Shown: one piece after another, positions 55,795 to 64,000 of the stretch | Layout of the letters: each line of letters opens with the position of its first letter | Position numbering within the stretch: the stretch's first letter is position 1 | Assembly (NCBI GenBank): GCA_024280215.1 | Contig: JAJRQO010000021.1 | Span: 27,827-91,826, forward strand | Reading direction: 5' to 3' | DNA length: 64,000 nucleotides | Source: Candidatus Zixiibacteriota bacterium | GTDB lineage: Bacteria; Zixibacteria; MSB-5A5; GN15; FEB-12 | The notes under the pieces: generated by a model | The model's database searches: none | The model's input: only the letters and a program-made list of their open reading frames with translations | What the model was told of the DNA's origin: nothing | Program-made: the position numbers and the translations under genes

Positions 55795-57430
55795 TCTTTT
55801 TTTTATTCTCAGGTTTGCTCTCTTTATAGGTAACGGCTGCCTTCACAAAATCTCTAAATAATGGATGAGGTTCTGTAGGTCGAGATTTTAACTCAGGATG
55901 ATACTGTACCCCAACAAACCAAGGATGGACTTTGATTTCAACAATTTCGACCAAACGTTCATCTGGAGAAACTCCTGCCATCATTAATCCATTATCAGTT
56001 AACATTTCACGATAGGAGTTATTTAATTCATAACGGTGACGATGACGTTCGGAGACATCTGTTTTCCCATAAGCGATTTCTGACTTTGAACCTTTAATAA
56101 CGGTACATGGATAAGCACCTAAACGCATCGTACCACCTAAGTCGGTGACACCTTCTTGGTCAGCCATCAAATGAATGACAGGATGTTTTAAGTCACGATA
56201 GAATTCATAGGAATGAGCATCATCAAGTCCACATACATTTCGAGCATACTCAATAACAGCACATTGCATACCAAGACAGATTCCAAAGAATGGAATATTA
56301 TTTTCACGTACATATTTGATAGCTTCAATTTTTCCCTCTACCCCACGTTCGCCAAAACCACCAGGAATCAGCAGACCGTCAAGGTCATGAAGGAATTTTT
56401 CGGCACCATGTTTTTTTATCTCTTCCGATGAAACCCAGATTAAATCAACTTCTGCTTTTGAGGTTACCCCCGCATGCACAAACGATTCGATAATTGATTT
56501 ATATGCATCTTTAAGATGAACATATTTTCCACAGATACCAATTTTGATATGTTTTTGAGGATTGATAATGGTCTCAACCATTTTTTCCCATTCAACAATA
56601 TTAGGCTCAGGTAATTCCCACCCAAAATGGTCACAAACTATTTTGTCTGCTCCTTGTGCATGAAGATTAAGAGGTACACCATATATAGTTGAAACATCTT
56701 CAGCAGTTATTACCGCATTCATCGGAACTGAGCAGAACAATGAAATTTTCTTTCGCATATCATCATCGATAGCTTTCTCTGAACGACATAACAACATGTC
56801 AGGTTGAATACCGATTCCACGAAGTTCTTTCACCGAATGCTGAGTAGGTTTTGTCTTGAGTTCTCCTGCAGTTCGAATATAAGGAACCAATGTCACATGA
56901 AGATACATAACATGGTCACGACCTTCTTCAAGCCCCATTTGACGAATAGCTTCTAAAAATGGAAGTGATTCTATATCACCAACTGTCCCACCGATTTCTA
57001 CAATTGTAACATCGGGCGGATTTTCAGTTTTTTCAAACCGTTTAATACGGTTTTTAATTTCTTCTGTAATGTGCGGGATAACCTGCACCGTGGCACCTAA
57101 ATAATCCCCTCGTCGTTCACGTGTAATAACTGTATTGTACACTTGTCCCGATGTGAGATTATGATCTTTTGTAAGTGATGCCGATAAAAACCGTTCGTAA
57201 TGTCCTAAGTCCAAATCTGTCTCGGAACCATCGTCGGTGACATAGACCTCGCCATGTTGAAATGGGTTCATTGTACCAGGGTCAACATTGATGTACGGAT
57301 CACATTTGAGATTTACGACTGAAAGACCACGACTCTTTAAGAGTAGTCCTATTGATGATGCTGAGATACCTTTGCCAAGCGATGAAACTACGCCACCAGT
57401 GACAAATATATATTTTGTTTTCTTAGCCAT
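55763..57430 (-). CDS. pyrG: CTP synthase
   Basis: 555 aa. [17 protein letters not shown]-terminus and the glutamine amidotransferase active site GICLGMQ. Confidence 0.95.
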   Translation of the reverse strand: MAKKTKYIFVTGGVVSSLGKGISASSIGLLLKSRGLSVVNLKCDPYINVDPGTMNPFQHGEVYVTDDGSETDLDLGHYERFLSASLTKDHNLTSGQVYNTVITRERRGDYLGATVQVIPHITEEIKNRIKRFEKTENPPDVTIVEIGGTVGDIESLPFLEAIRQMGLEEGRDHVMYLHVTLVPYIRTAGELKTKPTQHSVKELRGIGIQPDMLLCRSEKAIDDDMRKKISLFCSVPMNAVITAEDVSTIYGVPLNLHAQGADKIVCDHFGWELPEPNIVEWEKMVETIINPQKHIKIGICGKYVHLKDAYKSIIESFVHAGVTSKAEVDLIWVSSEEIKKHGAEKFLHDLDGLLIPGGFGERGVEGKIEAIKYVRENNIPFFGICLGMQCAVIEYARNVCGLDDAHSYEFYRDLKHPVIHLMADQEGVTDLGGTMRLGAYPCTVIKGSKSEIAYGKTDVSERHRHRYELNNSYREMLTDNGLMMAGVSPDERLVEIVEIKVHPWFVGVQYHPELKSRPTEPHPLFRDFVKAAVTYKESKPENKKKNEADEVNVSK

Positions 57431-57437
57431 GATATAC

Positions 57438-58175
57438 CTATCTATATTTTTTCTCTATTTTTTTCATTTCTTCTAATGTATCAATTGATACAGGTCTAAT
57501 CTTTGTTTTGAAAACACGGATTTTTTCACCATTTTCTATAATTCGTAACTGCTCAAGAGACTCTGCTTTTTCAAGCTCAGAACGCTTCCAAGATGCAAAT
57601 CGAAGTAGTGATGAACGCCTATATAAGTATATACCTATATGATGATAAAATGTAAACTGACTTGTCACATTTTTCTTCTTTGCCTTTTGCAAATATGGAA
57701 GAACAGAACGTGAGAAGAATATCGCATCAGAGTTTTTATCTAAAACAACTTTCACATTGTTTGGATCAATAAGTTCCGCATCTGAGTTGATTGTATTCGC
57801 CATCGTTGCAAACTCTATCTTCCGTTCAGCTTTGAATTTTTGAACCAGCTTATCTATTGTCTGAATTTTGAGACCAAAGTTATCCCCTTGGATATTTAAA
57901 ATAATATCGCCACCAATCTTTTGGGCTACTTCTGCTGCTCTATCTGAACCAGTTTTATGTTTTAGAGAAGTTCTGATAGTTTCTGCTCCAAATGTTGATG
58001 CCGCATCTATAATTTCTTTATCGGATGTAGCTATCACCAATCGGTCAATTTCTTTTGATTTTGATAATTCAGCATACAAATGTGCGATAAGCGGCTTCCC
58101 TAAAAACGGATAAAGCACTTTTCTTGGGAATCGTTTTGAATCCAACCGAGCAGGAATAACAGCAGTTATACGCAT
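57438..58175 (-). CDS. kdsB: 3-deoxy-manno-octulosonate cytidylyltransferase
   Basis: 245 aa. [17 protein letters not shown] and IQGDN motifs. Confidence 0.9.
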   Translation of the reverse strand: MRITAVIPARLDSKRFPRKVLYPFLGKPLIAHLYAELSKSKEIDRLVIATSDKEIIDAASTFGAETIRTSLKHKTGSDRAAEVAQKIGGDIILNIQGDNFGLKIQTIDKLVQKFKAERKIEFATMANTINSDAELIDPNNVKVVLDKNSDAIFFSRSVLPYLQKAKKKNVTSQFTFYHHIGIYLYRRSSLLRFASWKRSELEKAESLEQLRIIENGEKIRVFKTKIRPVSIDTLEEMKKIEKKYR

Positions 58176-58423
58176 AACAACACCAATGTGATATAACCCA
58201 ACATCGTCTGATATTTATTATGAATTGAGTCTGAATAGCGAAGCCAAGAGAGTGGATGTGTGAAGTTTATTTGTTGTCTCTGTTTACGACATCCTATCGG
58301 CATAGGCTATGATACAGAGAAGAACTCAGAGAGTCAAGTAGAAAAGAAAAAGGAGTAACACTCAATCGGACAATGCGTTAAGGTCAAACAGGATAATTAT
58401 TATAGAAAATCTCGGTTACATCT

Positions 58424-58452
58424 TTGCTATTTGCAGAAAATTGTTGTATATT
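58424..58452 (+). promoter_or_regulatory. Sigma70-like promoter for the receiver-like gene
   Basis: TTGCTA (58424-58429), a 17-nt spacer, then TATATT (58447-58452). About 70 nt upstream of the ATG at 58525. Confidence 0.45.
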
Positions 58453-58524
58453 AAAAACTGAAGCTGGCAGGTTACAATTGTGTAACTACTTAAATAGTAT
58501 AATCTTAGGGATGGGCTTAGGCTT

Positions 58525-58893
58525 ATGAACAAAAAGGTAATTATCGCCGCCAACAATATGATTTTTACGTCCAAGATTATGACTCTTCTTGACGGAATGG
58601 ATGCCGAAGGAATTAAGGCTATTCGTTCAGATGATATTTTTTCTAAAGCTCAAGAGATAAAACCGGACTTAATTATTATCGACCTTAATTTAAATGGTAT
58701 TGAAGCACCATCGTTAATTAACAAGTTACGATCTTATGGTGCCACTCAGTCAATTCCGATTGTCTGTTATTCTCCTCATGTTTTAAAAGAACAGATGAAA
58801 GCTGCGAAAACAGCTGGAGCAACAGAGGTTCTTCCTAATTCGAAGATGACCTCTCGGATGAATAATATTTTAAGCAAATATATTGAAAATTAG
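58525..58893 (+). CDS. Atypical single-domain receiver (acidic pocket not conserved)
   Basis: 122 aa with a REC-like layout. IIIDLNL retains the acceptor Asp, but the N-terminal DD pair is replaced (VIIAANNM). Confidence 0.65.
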   Translation: MNKKVIIAANNMIFTSKIMTLLDGMDAEGIKAIRSDDIFSKAQEIKPDLIIIDLNLNGIEAPSLINKLRSYGATQSIPIVCYSPHVLKEQMKAAKTAGATEVLPNSKMTSRMNNILSKYIEN

Positions 58894-58952
58894 TCGATGA
58901 TTTTAAAAAAAATTGTAACCGGTTACTTGCAAAAGTAGCCGGTTTTTTATTT

Positions 58953-60527
58953 TTGCGGGAGCAAGTTGTGAAACAGATTTTCTTTTTTCTTTTACTTTTT
59001 TTTATAATAACAACCATACCAATCAATGCCTCAGAAATACAATCAATATTACAAAAATCAGTAGGTGGGAAAAAGGCTGTCGAACGAATCCGCTCTCTCA
59101 AATCTATCTATATGAGTGGTACTGTAAATATGAATGGCGTCCTCGGTACTTTCGAATACAAGTCTAAACTCCCTGATAAATTTCACCTCGCCCTCAAATT
59201 TCCAAGTTTTAGTATGGAACAGGGATACGACGGAACTACCGCTTGGCAACAAGATTTAACAGGTCAAAAGACAGAGCTAACTGGAACTGAAAAAAACGAA
59301 GTTATCAAAACTATCTATTTGAATTCGTACAAATATCTCTTCGATGATACTATTCCTAATAAAAATTATTTAGGTAAATCCTATGTTGGCGAAAAAATAT
59401 ATGAACAGATCCTCTTCTTTCCAACGATACGTGACACGATTCATGCATTTTTTGACGTTACAACTGGAAACAGAACTATAAGTAAATCAAAACAGGATTT
59501 GTTCGAAGTAGTTTCGTATGATTCTCTGTTTCAAACAGTTGATGATATCAACTTTCCATTTTACTCTCAGTCAGTAATTAAAGAAATGAATTTTACATTT
59601 TATCAATTAGTTGATTCTGTTCTTTTCGATGTAGACTTTCCTGATTCTATCTTCTTGTTTCAAAAAAGGAATGATGCCAATTATCGGTTTCCTGCAAAAA
59701 ATAAACTCACTATTAAAATCGAATTTCAGAACAATCATATTTTTGTTCCAGTTACAATAAGTGGTACAAGAAAAGTGTATATGCTTTTAGATTCAGGAGC
59801 TGGGGCAAGTATCATAAATAAAAAAATTGCAGATGAAATAATTTTTGACTCGATTGGAACTATGCCCGCGATTGGAGTCTCAGGTACAGCGAGAACGAAG
59901 CTAATCCGAACTGATTCCATGCAAATCGGAGATTTAAAACTGTATAAACAAATCGCAGGGTCAATGGATTTACAAAACATCATGCGAAGAAAAATAAATA
60001 AAGTTGAGTTTGGAGGAATTTTAGGTAATGACTTCCTCTCACAATTCCCTATCTTAATTGATTACCAAAAAAAAGAACTGACAATTTATAACCCAAAAAA
60101 CCACCAAGCACAATCTGGTGGTAATAAAATTAATTTTGAGTACTACATGCTCATTCCTACAATAGAATGCAAGGTCGGGTCAGCAAAAGGGACATTTATT
60201 GTCGATTTAGGTAATTCTTTTGGGCTCATTCTTCACGATAATTTTGTCAAAGAACATAACTTGAAAGAAATAATTACAATCGATATAGAGTCAAAACAAC
60301 TTATAGGTGGCATTGGAGGAGCAAGTGTTGGACAGACTGCTGTAGTTGATTCATTTCTGATTGGAGATGAAATCCTATTAGATGAAAAAGTTACTATTCT
60401 ATCACCTGGCGAAGGAATTGTCGGCTCAACAGAAATTGCTGGAAATATTGGCAATCGATTGTTAAAAAAATACAAAGTTTATTTAAATTTCAGCAAAAAC
60501 GAAATTATTTTATACAAATATGAATAA
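58953..60527 (+). CDS. Secreted protein with two retropepsin-like aspartic protease motifs
   Basis: 524 aa. Signal peptide. LLDSGAGASIIN (D-S-G) and a second FIVDLGNSFGL (D-L-G) are consistent with a single-chain pseudo-dimeric retropepsin fold. The N-terminal ~250 aa is uncharacterised. The start codon is uncertain. Confidence 0.6.
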   Translation: MREQVVKQIFFFLLLFFIITTIPINASEIQSILQKSVGGKKAVERIRSLKSIYMSGTVNMNGVLGTFEYKSKLPDKFHLALKFPSFSMEQGYDGTTAWQQDLTGQKTELTGTEKNEVIKTIYLNSYKYLFDDTIPNKNYLGKSYVGEKIYEQILFFPTIRDTIHAFFDVTTGNRTISKSKQDLFEVVSYDSLFQTVDDINFPFYSQSVIKEMNFTFYQLVDSVLFDVDFPDSIFLFQKRNDANYRFPAKNKLTIKIEFQNNHIFVPVTISGTRKVYMLLDSGAGASIINKKIADEIIFDSIGTMPAIGVSGTARTKLIRTDSMQIGDLKLYKQIAGSMDLQNIMRRKINKVEFGGILGNDFLSQFPILIDYQKKELTIYNPKNHQAQSGGNKINFEYYMLIPTIECKVGSAKGTFIVDLGNSFGLILHDNFVKEHNLKEIITIDIESKQLIGGIGGASVGQTAVVDSFLIGDEILLDEKVTILSPGEGIVGSTEIAGNIGNRLLKKYKVYLNFSKNEIILYKYE

Positions 60528-60574
60528 ACTACTCGTTATTTTGTGATATTTTTCTCAAATCAACTTTATTGAGG

Positions 60575-60602
60575 TTGACATCAGCACTTGCAAAAGTATA
60601 CT
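60575..60602 (+). promoter_or_regulatory. Sigma70-like promoter upstream of the OMP-gap unit
   Basis: TTGACA (60575-60580), a 16-nt spacer, then TATACT (60597-60602). Confidence 0.5.
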
Positions 60603-60636
60603 TTAGCCTAAGACATTTTAAATATAGAGGATTCAA

Positions 60637-61338
60637 TTGAAAAAAATAATAATTCTAACTTTGTTCTCAGTCCTTTTACTCACATCATTTAGTTTTGCTG
60701 AAACAGAGATTACACTTTTGAAAAGTAAAAAACATCAACTTGGTGTCAGATTGGGTACATGGAGCAACAGTGGCGGGACTCATCCTGAGACAGCTGTAGA
60801 TTCTTCATCTAATCCCCCAACAGACTCTCTAATATTGTCGATACAGGATGTAAACTTTTTCCTTGAGGGATATTACGCTTACAACATTTTCTCTAATTTT
60901 TATAGTGAGATTTCTTTTGGAATGGTTAATCGTGGAAATATACAGTTTTACCAAGGCAGTACAATTGATTTTAGCAATATTCTTATCTACACTGTTCTGC
61001 TTCAAGTGAAATACTACCCTCTTCTCTCATCAACAAGTAAATTCCAACCATTTATTGGAGCTGGAGGTGGCTTGTATCTCGGCAAACAAGATATCCAGTT
61101 CACAAATGATATTTATGCACGATATTATCGAATTCGAGGAGAGAGTGAAACAGATTTTAACTATACTCTTTCGGGAGGTTTTGACTGGAAGTTTAACAAT
61201 ACATTTTCACTTGATGTACAGACAAAATATATGCCGATAACATTTTCTGATTATTTAATTGGCGAAAAAGATTATTCAGCAACGACTATTACAATTGGAT
61301 TTAAATATAATTATAATAATAACAAGAAGAATAAATAA
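60637..61338 (+). CDS. Outer-membrane beta-barrel protein (OmpW/porin-like)
   Basis: 233 aa. Signal peptide, alternating beta-strand pattern, and an aromatic-rich C-terminal strand before a basic tail. Confidence 0.6.
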   Translation: MKKIIILTLFSVLLLTSFSFAETEITLLKSKKHQLGVRLGTWSNSGGTHPETAVDSSSNPPTDSLILSIQDVNFFLEGYYAYNIFSNFYSEISFGMVNRGNIQFYQGSTIDFSNILIYTVLLQVKYYPLLSSTSKFQPFIGAGGGLYLGKQDIQFTNDIYARYYRIRGESETDFNYTLSGGFDWKFNNTFSLDVQTKYMPITFSDYLIGEKDYSATTITIGFKYNYNNNKKNK

Positions 61339-61353
61339 AGTTTTGGAGAAATT

Positions 61354-62340
61354 ATGAAAGTCGGAATTAATGGTTTTGGTCGAATTGGAAGACTCGTTTT
61401 AAGAGCCGCAAAAAACACAGACATCGAAATTGTTGGTATCAATGATTTAACAGATGCAAAAACTCTTGCCTATCTTTTGAAATATGATTCTGTCCACGGA
61501 AAATTCCCTGGTGATGTGTCAGTAGACGGCAACAACATCGTTGTCGACGGCAAAAAAATTCCTATCACAGCAGAAAAAGACCCAGCAAATCTTAAATGGG
61601 GTGCACTTGGTGTTGACATTGTTATGGAATGTACTGGTTTCTTCCGTACCAAAGAATCCGCATCTGCACATATCAAAGCGGGTGCCAAAAAAGTTATCAT
61701 CTCTGCCCCAGCAAAAGACCATGATGGTACTTTTATTCCTGGTATAAACTGTAGCAACTACGATAAAACTAAACATGATGTTATCTCTATCGGTTCCTGC
61801 ACCACTAACTGTTTAGCACCTGTAGCTAAAGTCCTGATGGATAACTGGGGAATTGAAAAAGGTTTCATGACTACTATTCATGCCTATACATCTGACCAAC
61901 GTCTGCTCGATGCACCGCATTCAGATTTACGTCGGGCTCGTTCGGCTGCACTCTCTATGATTCCTACAACAACTGGTGCTGCCAAAGCTATCGCCGAAGT
62001 TATTCCTGCCTTAAAAGGTAAAATGGATGGTTGTGCGATTCGTGTTCCTACCCCAGATGGTTCTATTGTTGATTTAGCTATTATCCTTGAAAAAGAAGCA
62101 ACTGTTGATGAAATCAACGCTGCTGTCAAAGCTGCTGCAACAACTGGTTCGCTCTCCAATACATTAGAGTATTGTGATGATCCTATTGTCTCTATTGACA
62201 TTGTTGGTAATACACATGGTTCGATATTTGATTCAGGCATGACAGCAACACAGGGAACATTTGTAAAAGTCTTTATGTGGTATGACAATGAATACGGTTT
62301 CTCCAATCGAATGATTGACATGGCCCTCATGATGCTGTAA
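61354..62340 (+). CDS. gap: Type I glyceraldehyde-3-phosphate dehydrogenase
   Basis: 328 aa. INGFGRIGR and the active site SCTTNCLAP. Confidence 0.95.
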   Translation: MKVGINGFGRIGRLVLRAAKNTDIEIVGINDLTDAKTLAYLLKYDSVHGKFPGDVSVDGNNIVVDGKKIPITAEKDPANLKWGALGVDIVMECTGFFRTKESASAHIKAGAKKVIISAPAKDHDGTFIPGINCSNYDKTKHDVISIGSCTTNCLAPVAKVLMDNWGIEKGFMTTIHAYTSDQRLLDAPHSDLRRARSAALSMIPTTTGAAKAIAEVIPALKGKMDGCAIRVPTPDGSIVDLAIILEKEATVDEINAAVKAAATTGSLSNTLEYCDDPIVSIDIVGNTHGSIFDSGMTATQGTFVKVFMWYDNEYGFSNRMIDMALMML

Positions 62341-62373
62341 GCGAATGTATCGTATATAACTTCTAAACTTTGT

Positions 62374-62402
62374 AAGGCGGAACCCTTTAGTAGTTCCGCC
62401 TT
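62374..62402 (+). terminator. Hairpin terminator after gap
   Basis: 10-bp stem aaggcggaac / gttccgcctt. The U-tract is imperfect (aatatttg). Confidence 0.6.
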
Positions 62403-62422
62403 AATATTTGAAAACAAAAACA

Positions 62423-62941
62423 TTAATTAGTTTTCCTATAATACTGCCCATGATCACCATCAACAATTATTGAAAATACATCCCCTTCATAATAAATAGA
62501 ATAGTAACAATCTGAGGGCTTTGAACTAAGGTCTTCTCCTAACCATTCTAATAGTTTGGCACTATCTCCATTACTTGTATGTAAGTTGTATACTACTGAT
62601 TCTGACCATTCTGGAGAGCGTCTTGAAAAACTATTCAATTGAATATGATAATCTCCAATAGCAACTGTACCTAGTTTCCATTTTCCTTTATCAACAACAA
62701 CAGAGTCAGTATAGTGATATATTCTTTCCCAAGAAAAATCTGATTTAATTACTAATAATTCTTGATCTTTATGTGTGGGCGTATATGTACCTGTAACATT
62801 ATTCAAATCAATTGGCTTAGAAATCCAATAATCAACACAACCAAAACAAAATAAGATTATAAGTACATTAACAAAATAAAGTAAATATAGTCTTGAATTC
62901 AATATTTTCTCCTCACTTTTGAATATGTTAATACTTAACAT
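62423..62941 (-). CDS. Orphan lipoprotein, unknown function
   Basis: The track ORF runs to 63049, but its first 36 codons read through the structured repeat. The internal Met at 62941 gives MLSINIF...LIILFCFGCVD, a signal peptide with a lipobox. The gene is AT-rich and antisense to the flanking gap and pgk. Confidence 0.6.
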   Translation of the reverse strand: MLSINIFKSEEKILNSRLYLLYFVNVLIILFCFGCVDYWISKPIDLNNVTGTYTPTHKDQELLVIKSDFSWERIYHYTDSVVVDKGKWKLGTVAIGDYHIQLNSFSRRSPEWSESVVYNLHTSNGDSAKLLEWLGEDLSSKPSDCYYSIYYEGDVFSIIVDGDHGQYYRKTN

Positions 62942-62996
62942 ATTTTCTATAAATTTACAACCCTTAAATCTTACATATTGACTTTCCGCATTGCAT

Positions 62997-63104
62997 GTTC
63001 TGTCAGTTCCTGATTTTGATTCATCAAAATTGTGAACTGACAGAGTCACTATATGTCAGGTGTATCATGCTAAAGCATGAAAGCACCCGACACAACTATT
63101 TAAT
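62997..63104 (-). repeat. Two-hairpin structured repeat, copy 3 (reverse orientation)
   Basis: The reverse complement is ttaaatagttgtgtcgggtgctttcatgctttagcatgatacacctgaca...ctgtcagttcacaattttgatgaatcaaaatcaggaactgacagaac. Hairpin A is nearly identical to copies 1 and 2. The hairpin B outer stem is conserved, and its interior is replaced by a different palindrome. Confidence 0.85.
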
Positions 63105-63210
63105 ACTACCAATATCCTTACAAATCATATATTGACTTTCAATATAATATTTGCCTTATTGAATGGCTGATAATTATAGTTGTTTATATACAGATTTAAG
63201 GAACTAAAAT

Positions 63211-64000
63211 ATGAATAAAGTTACTGTTGATAATATCAATTTTCGGTCTCGAAAAGTTCTCGTAAGGGTCGACTTTAATGTCCCACTCGACGACAACCAA
63301 AAGATAACCGATGACCGTCGAATCAAATCTGCTCTCCCGACTATTAAAAAAATCATCTCCGATGGTGGGATTGTCATTGCTGTCTCGCATCTTGGCAGAC
63401 CAAAGGGGAAACATGTTACCGAACTCTCTCTTCGTCCATGTGCAGTACGACTCGCGGAACTGCTCGGACAAAAAGTACATTTCGCCGACGACTGTATCGG
63501 ACCGGAAGCATCAAACCACATTGACAATCTTAATGACGGCGAAATTATTCTACTTGAGAATCTTCGGTTCCATAAAGAAGAAACCGACAACGATTCCGAG
63601 TTCGCACAAAAGCTCGCATCACTCGCTGATATTTTTGTCAACGATGCCTTTGGAACTGCTCATAGAGCTCACGCCTCGACAGAGGGTGTCACCAAGTTTT
63701 TCAACCAATCAGTTGCGGGTTATTTGATTCAGAAAGAACTCGAATTTATCGGCACCGCCCTTGCCTCTCCTCGTCGTCCCTTTGCAGCAATTTTGGGTGG
63801 AGCAAAAATCTCTGGCAAAATCGACGTCATCGAAAACTTACTCGACAAAGTCGACATGCTTTTCATCGGCGGTGGCATGGTCTTTACCTTTGCCAAAGCA
63901 ATGGGATACTCAATCGGCAACTCACTTCTTGAAGCAGACAAAGTTGAGTTCGCAAAAGAACTTATTGAAAAAATACAAAAATCAGATGTTAAACTTTTCT
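63211..64000 (+). CDS. pgk: Phosphoglycerate kinase, N-terminal ~263 codons; continues beyond the window end
   Basis: Absent from the ORF track because no stop lies in the window. Manual translation from ATG 63211 gives [28 protein letters not shown]...SHLGRPKG...[17 protein letters not shown]...[11 protein letters not shown]. The four track ORFs in 63196-63941 are off-frame or antisense artefacts. Confidence 0.92.
   Translation, partial: MNKVTVDNINFRSRKVLVRVDFNVPLDDNQKITDDRRIKSALPTIKKIISDGGIVIAVSHLGRPKGKHVTELSLRPCAVRLAELLGQKVHFADDCIGPEASNHIDNLNDGEIILLENLRFHKEETDNDSEFAQKLASLADIFVNDAFGTAHRAHASTEGVTKFFNQSVAGYLIQKELEFIGTALASPRRPFAAILGGAKISGKIDVIENLLDKVDMLFIGGGMVFTFAKAMGYSIGNSLLEADKVEFAKELIEKIQKSDVKLF

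Noticed and set aside
58277-58320. Nested hairpin (TCTCTGT..CCTAT-CGGC-ATAGG..ACAGAGA) in the 350-bp kdsB / receiver spacer, a possible sRNA or riboswitch
   Set aside because: It has no recognisable Rfam-like motif, no promoter or terminator pairing, and occurs as a single copy. The evidence is insufficient to call a feature, but it is worth including in a cmscan run.
61884-62423. 179-aa ORF antisense to gap, with similar antisense or off-frame ORFs at 9790-10332, 15039-15416, 16246-16554, 31059-31397, 53897-54394 and 63196-63941
   Set aside because: Each lies wholly inside, or opposite to, a gene with an unambiguous conserved product. The sequences are low-complexity or unrecognisable.
62942-63049. 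N-terminal 36 codons of the 208-aa track ORF
   Set aside because: This part reads through repeat copy 3. An internal Met at 62941 gives a proper lipoprotein signal peptide.
1-64000. tRNA, rRNA, tmRNA, RNase P RNA, transposase, integrase, reverse transcriptase, toxin-antitoxin pairs
   Set aside because: I scanned by eye for T-loop (GTTCGAATC-like) motifs, the RNase P GAGGAAAGTCC box, and DDE, tyrosine-recombinase or RT motifs in the ORF translations. None was found. A proper tRNAscan/Infernal run could still reveal something I missed.

Overview
64-kb chromosomal window from a low-GC bacterium, about 55 credible CDS and very little non-coding DNA. Several traits suggest an uncultured FCB-superphylum-like lineage, by inference only: a T9SS-type C-terminal sorting domain, a PorV-like barrel, dockerin-like modules, many starts without a Shine-Dalgarno, and stereotyped intergenic hairpin repeats. 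Most genes are housekeeping: aspS (partial), ptsN, thrC, dnaX-ybaB-recR, sthA, rmuC, pyrE, acpS, rho, rsfS, panD, panC, murJ, pyrG, kdsB, gap, pgk (partial). There are three accessory blocks. (a) Secreted-protein genes: an M6 metalloprotease and a 265-aa protein that share a Cys-framed dockerin-like tail, plus a TonB-receptor / T9SS-cargo / PorV-like operon. (b) A 5-gene sensor operon with no output domain. (c) A polysaccharide and amino-sugar export cluster. The ORF track misses both edge genes (aspS 1-1250 minus, pgk 63211-64000 plus), an SRP RNA (about 11319-11457 minus) and a candidate structured sRNA (about 36438-36607 plus). No transposase, integrase, CRISPR array, tRNA or rRNA was seen. 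The most interesting signals are these. (1) A ~102-bp two-hairpin repeat occurs three times; two direct copies bracket a single AT-rich Mrr-type nuclease gene next to dnaX, and the third sits beside an AT-rich orphan lipoprotein gene that splits gap from pgk. (2) A very AT-rich membrane-protein gene is the only plus-strand gene in an ~18-kb minus-strand run; it is bracketed by composite inverted hairpin-repeat arrays between panC and panD. (3) An A10 tract in dnaX lies at the expected tau/gamma boundary, with stops within 2-4 codons in both alternative frames. No clearly novel multi-gene system could be demonstrated from sequence alone. The repeat-bracketed cargo genes are the best candidate for an undescribed mobility or recombination mechanism.
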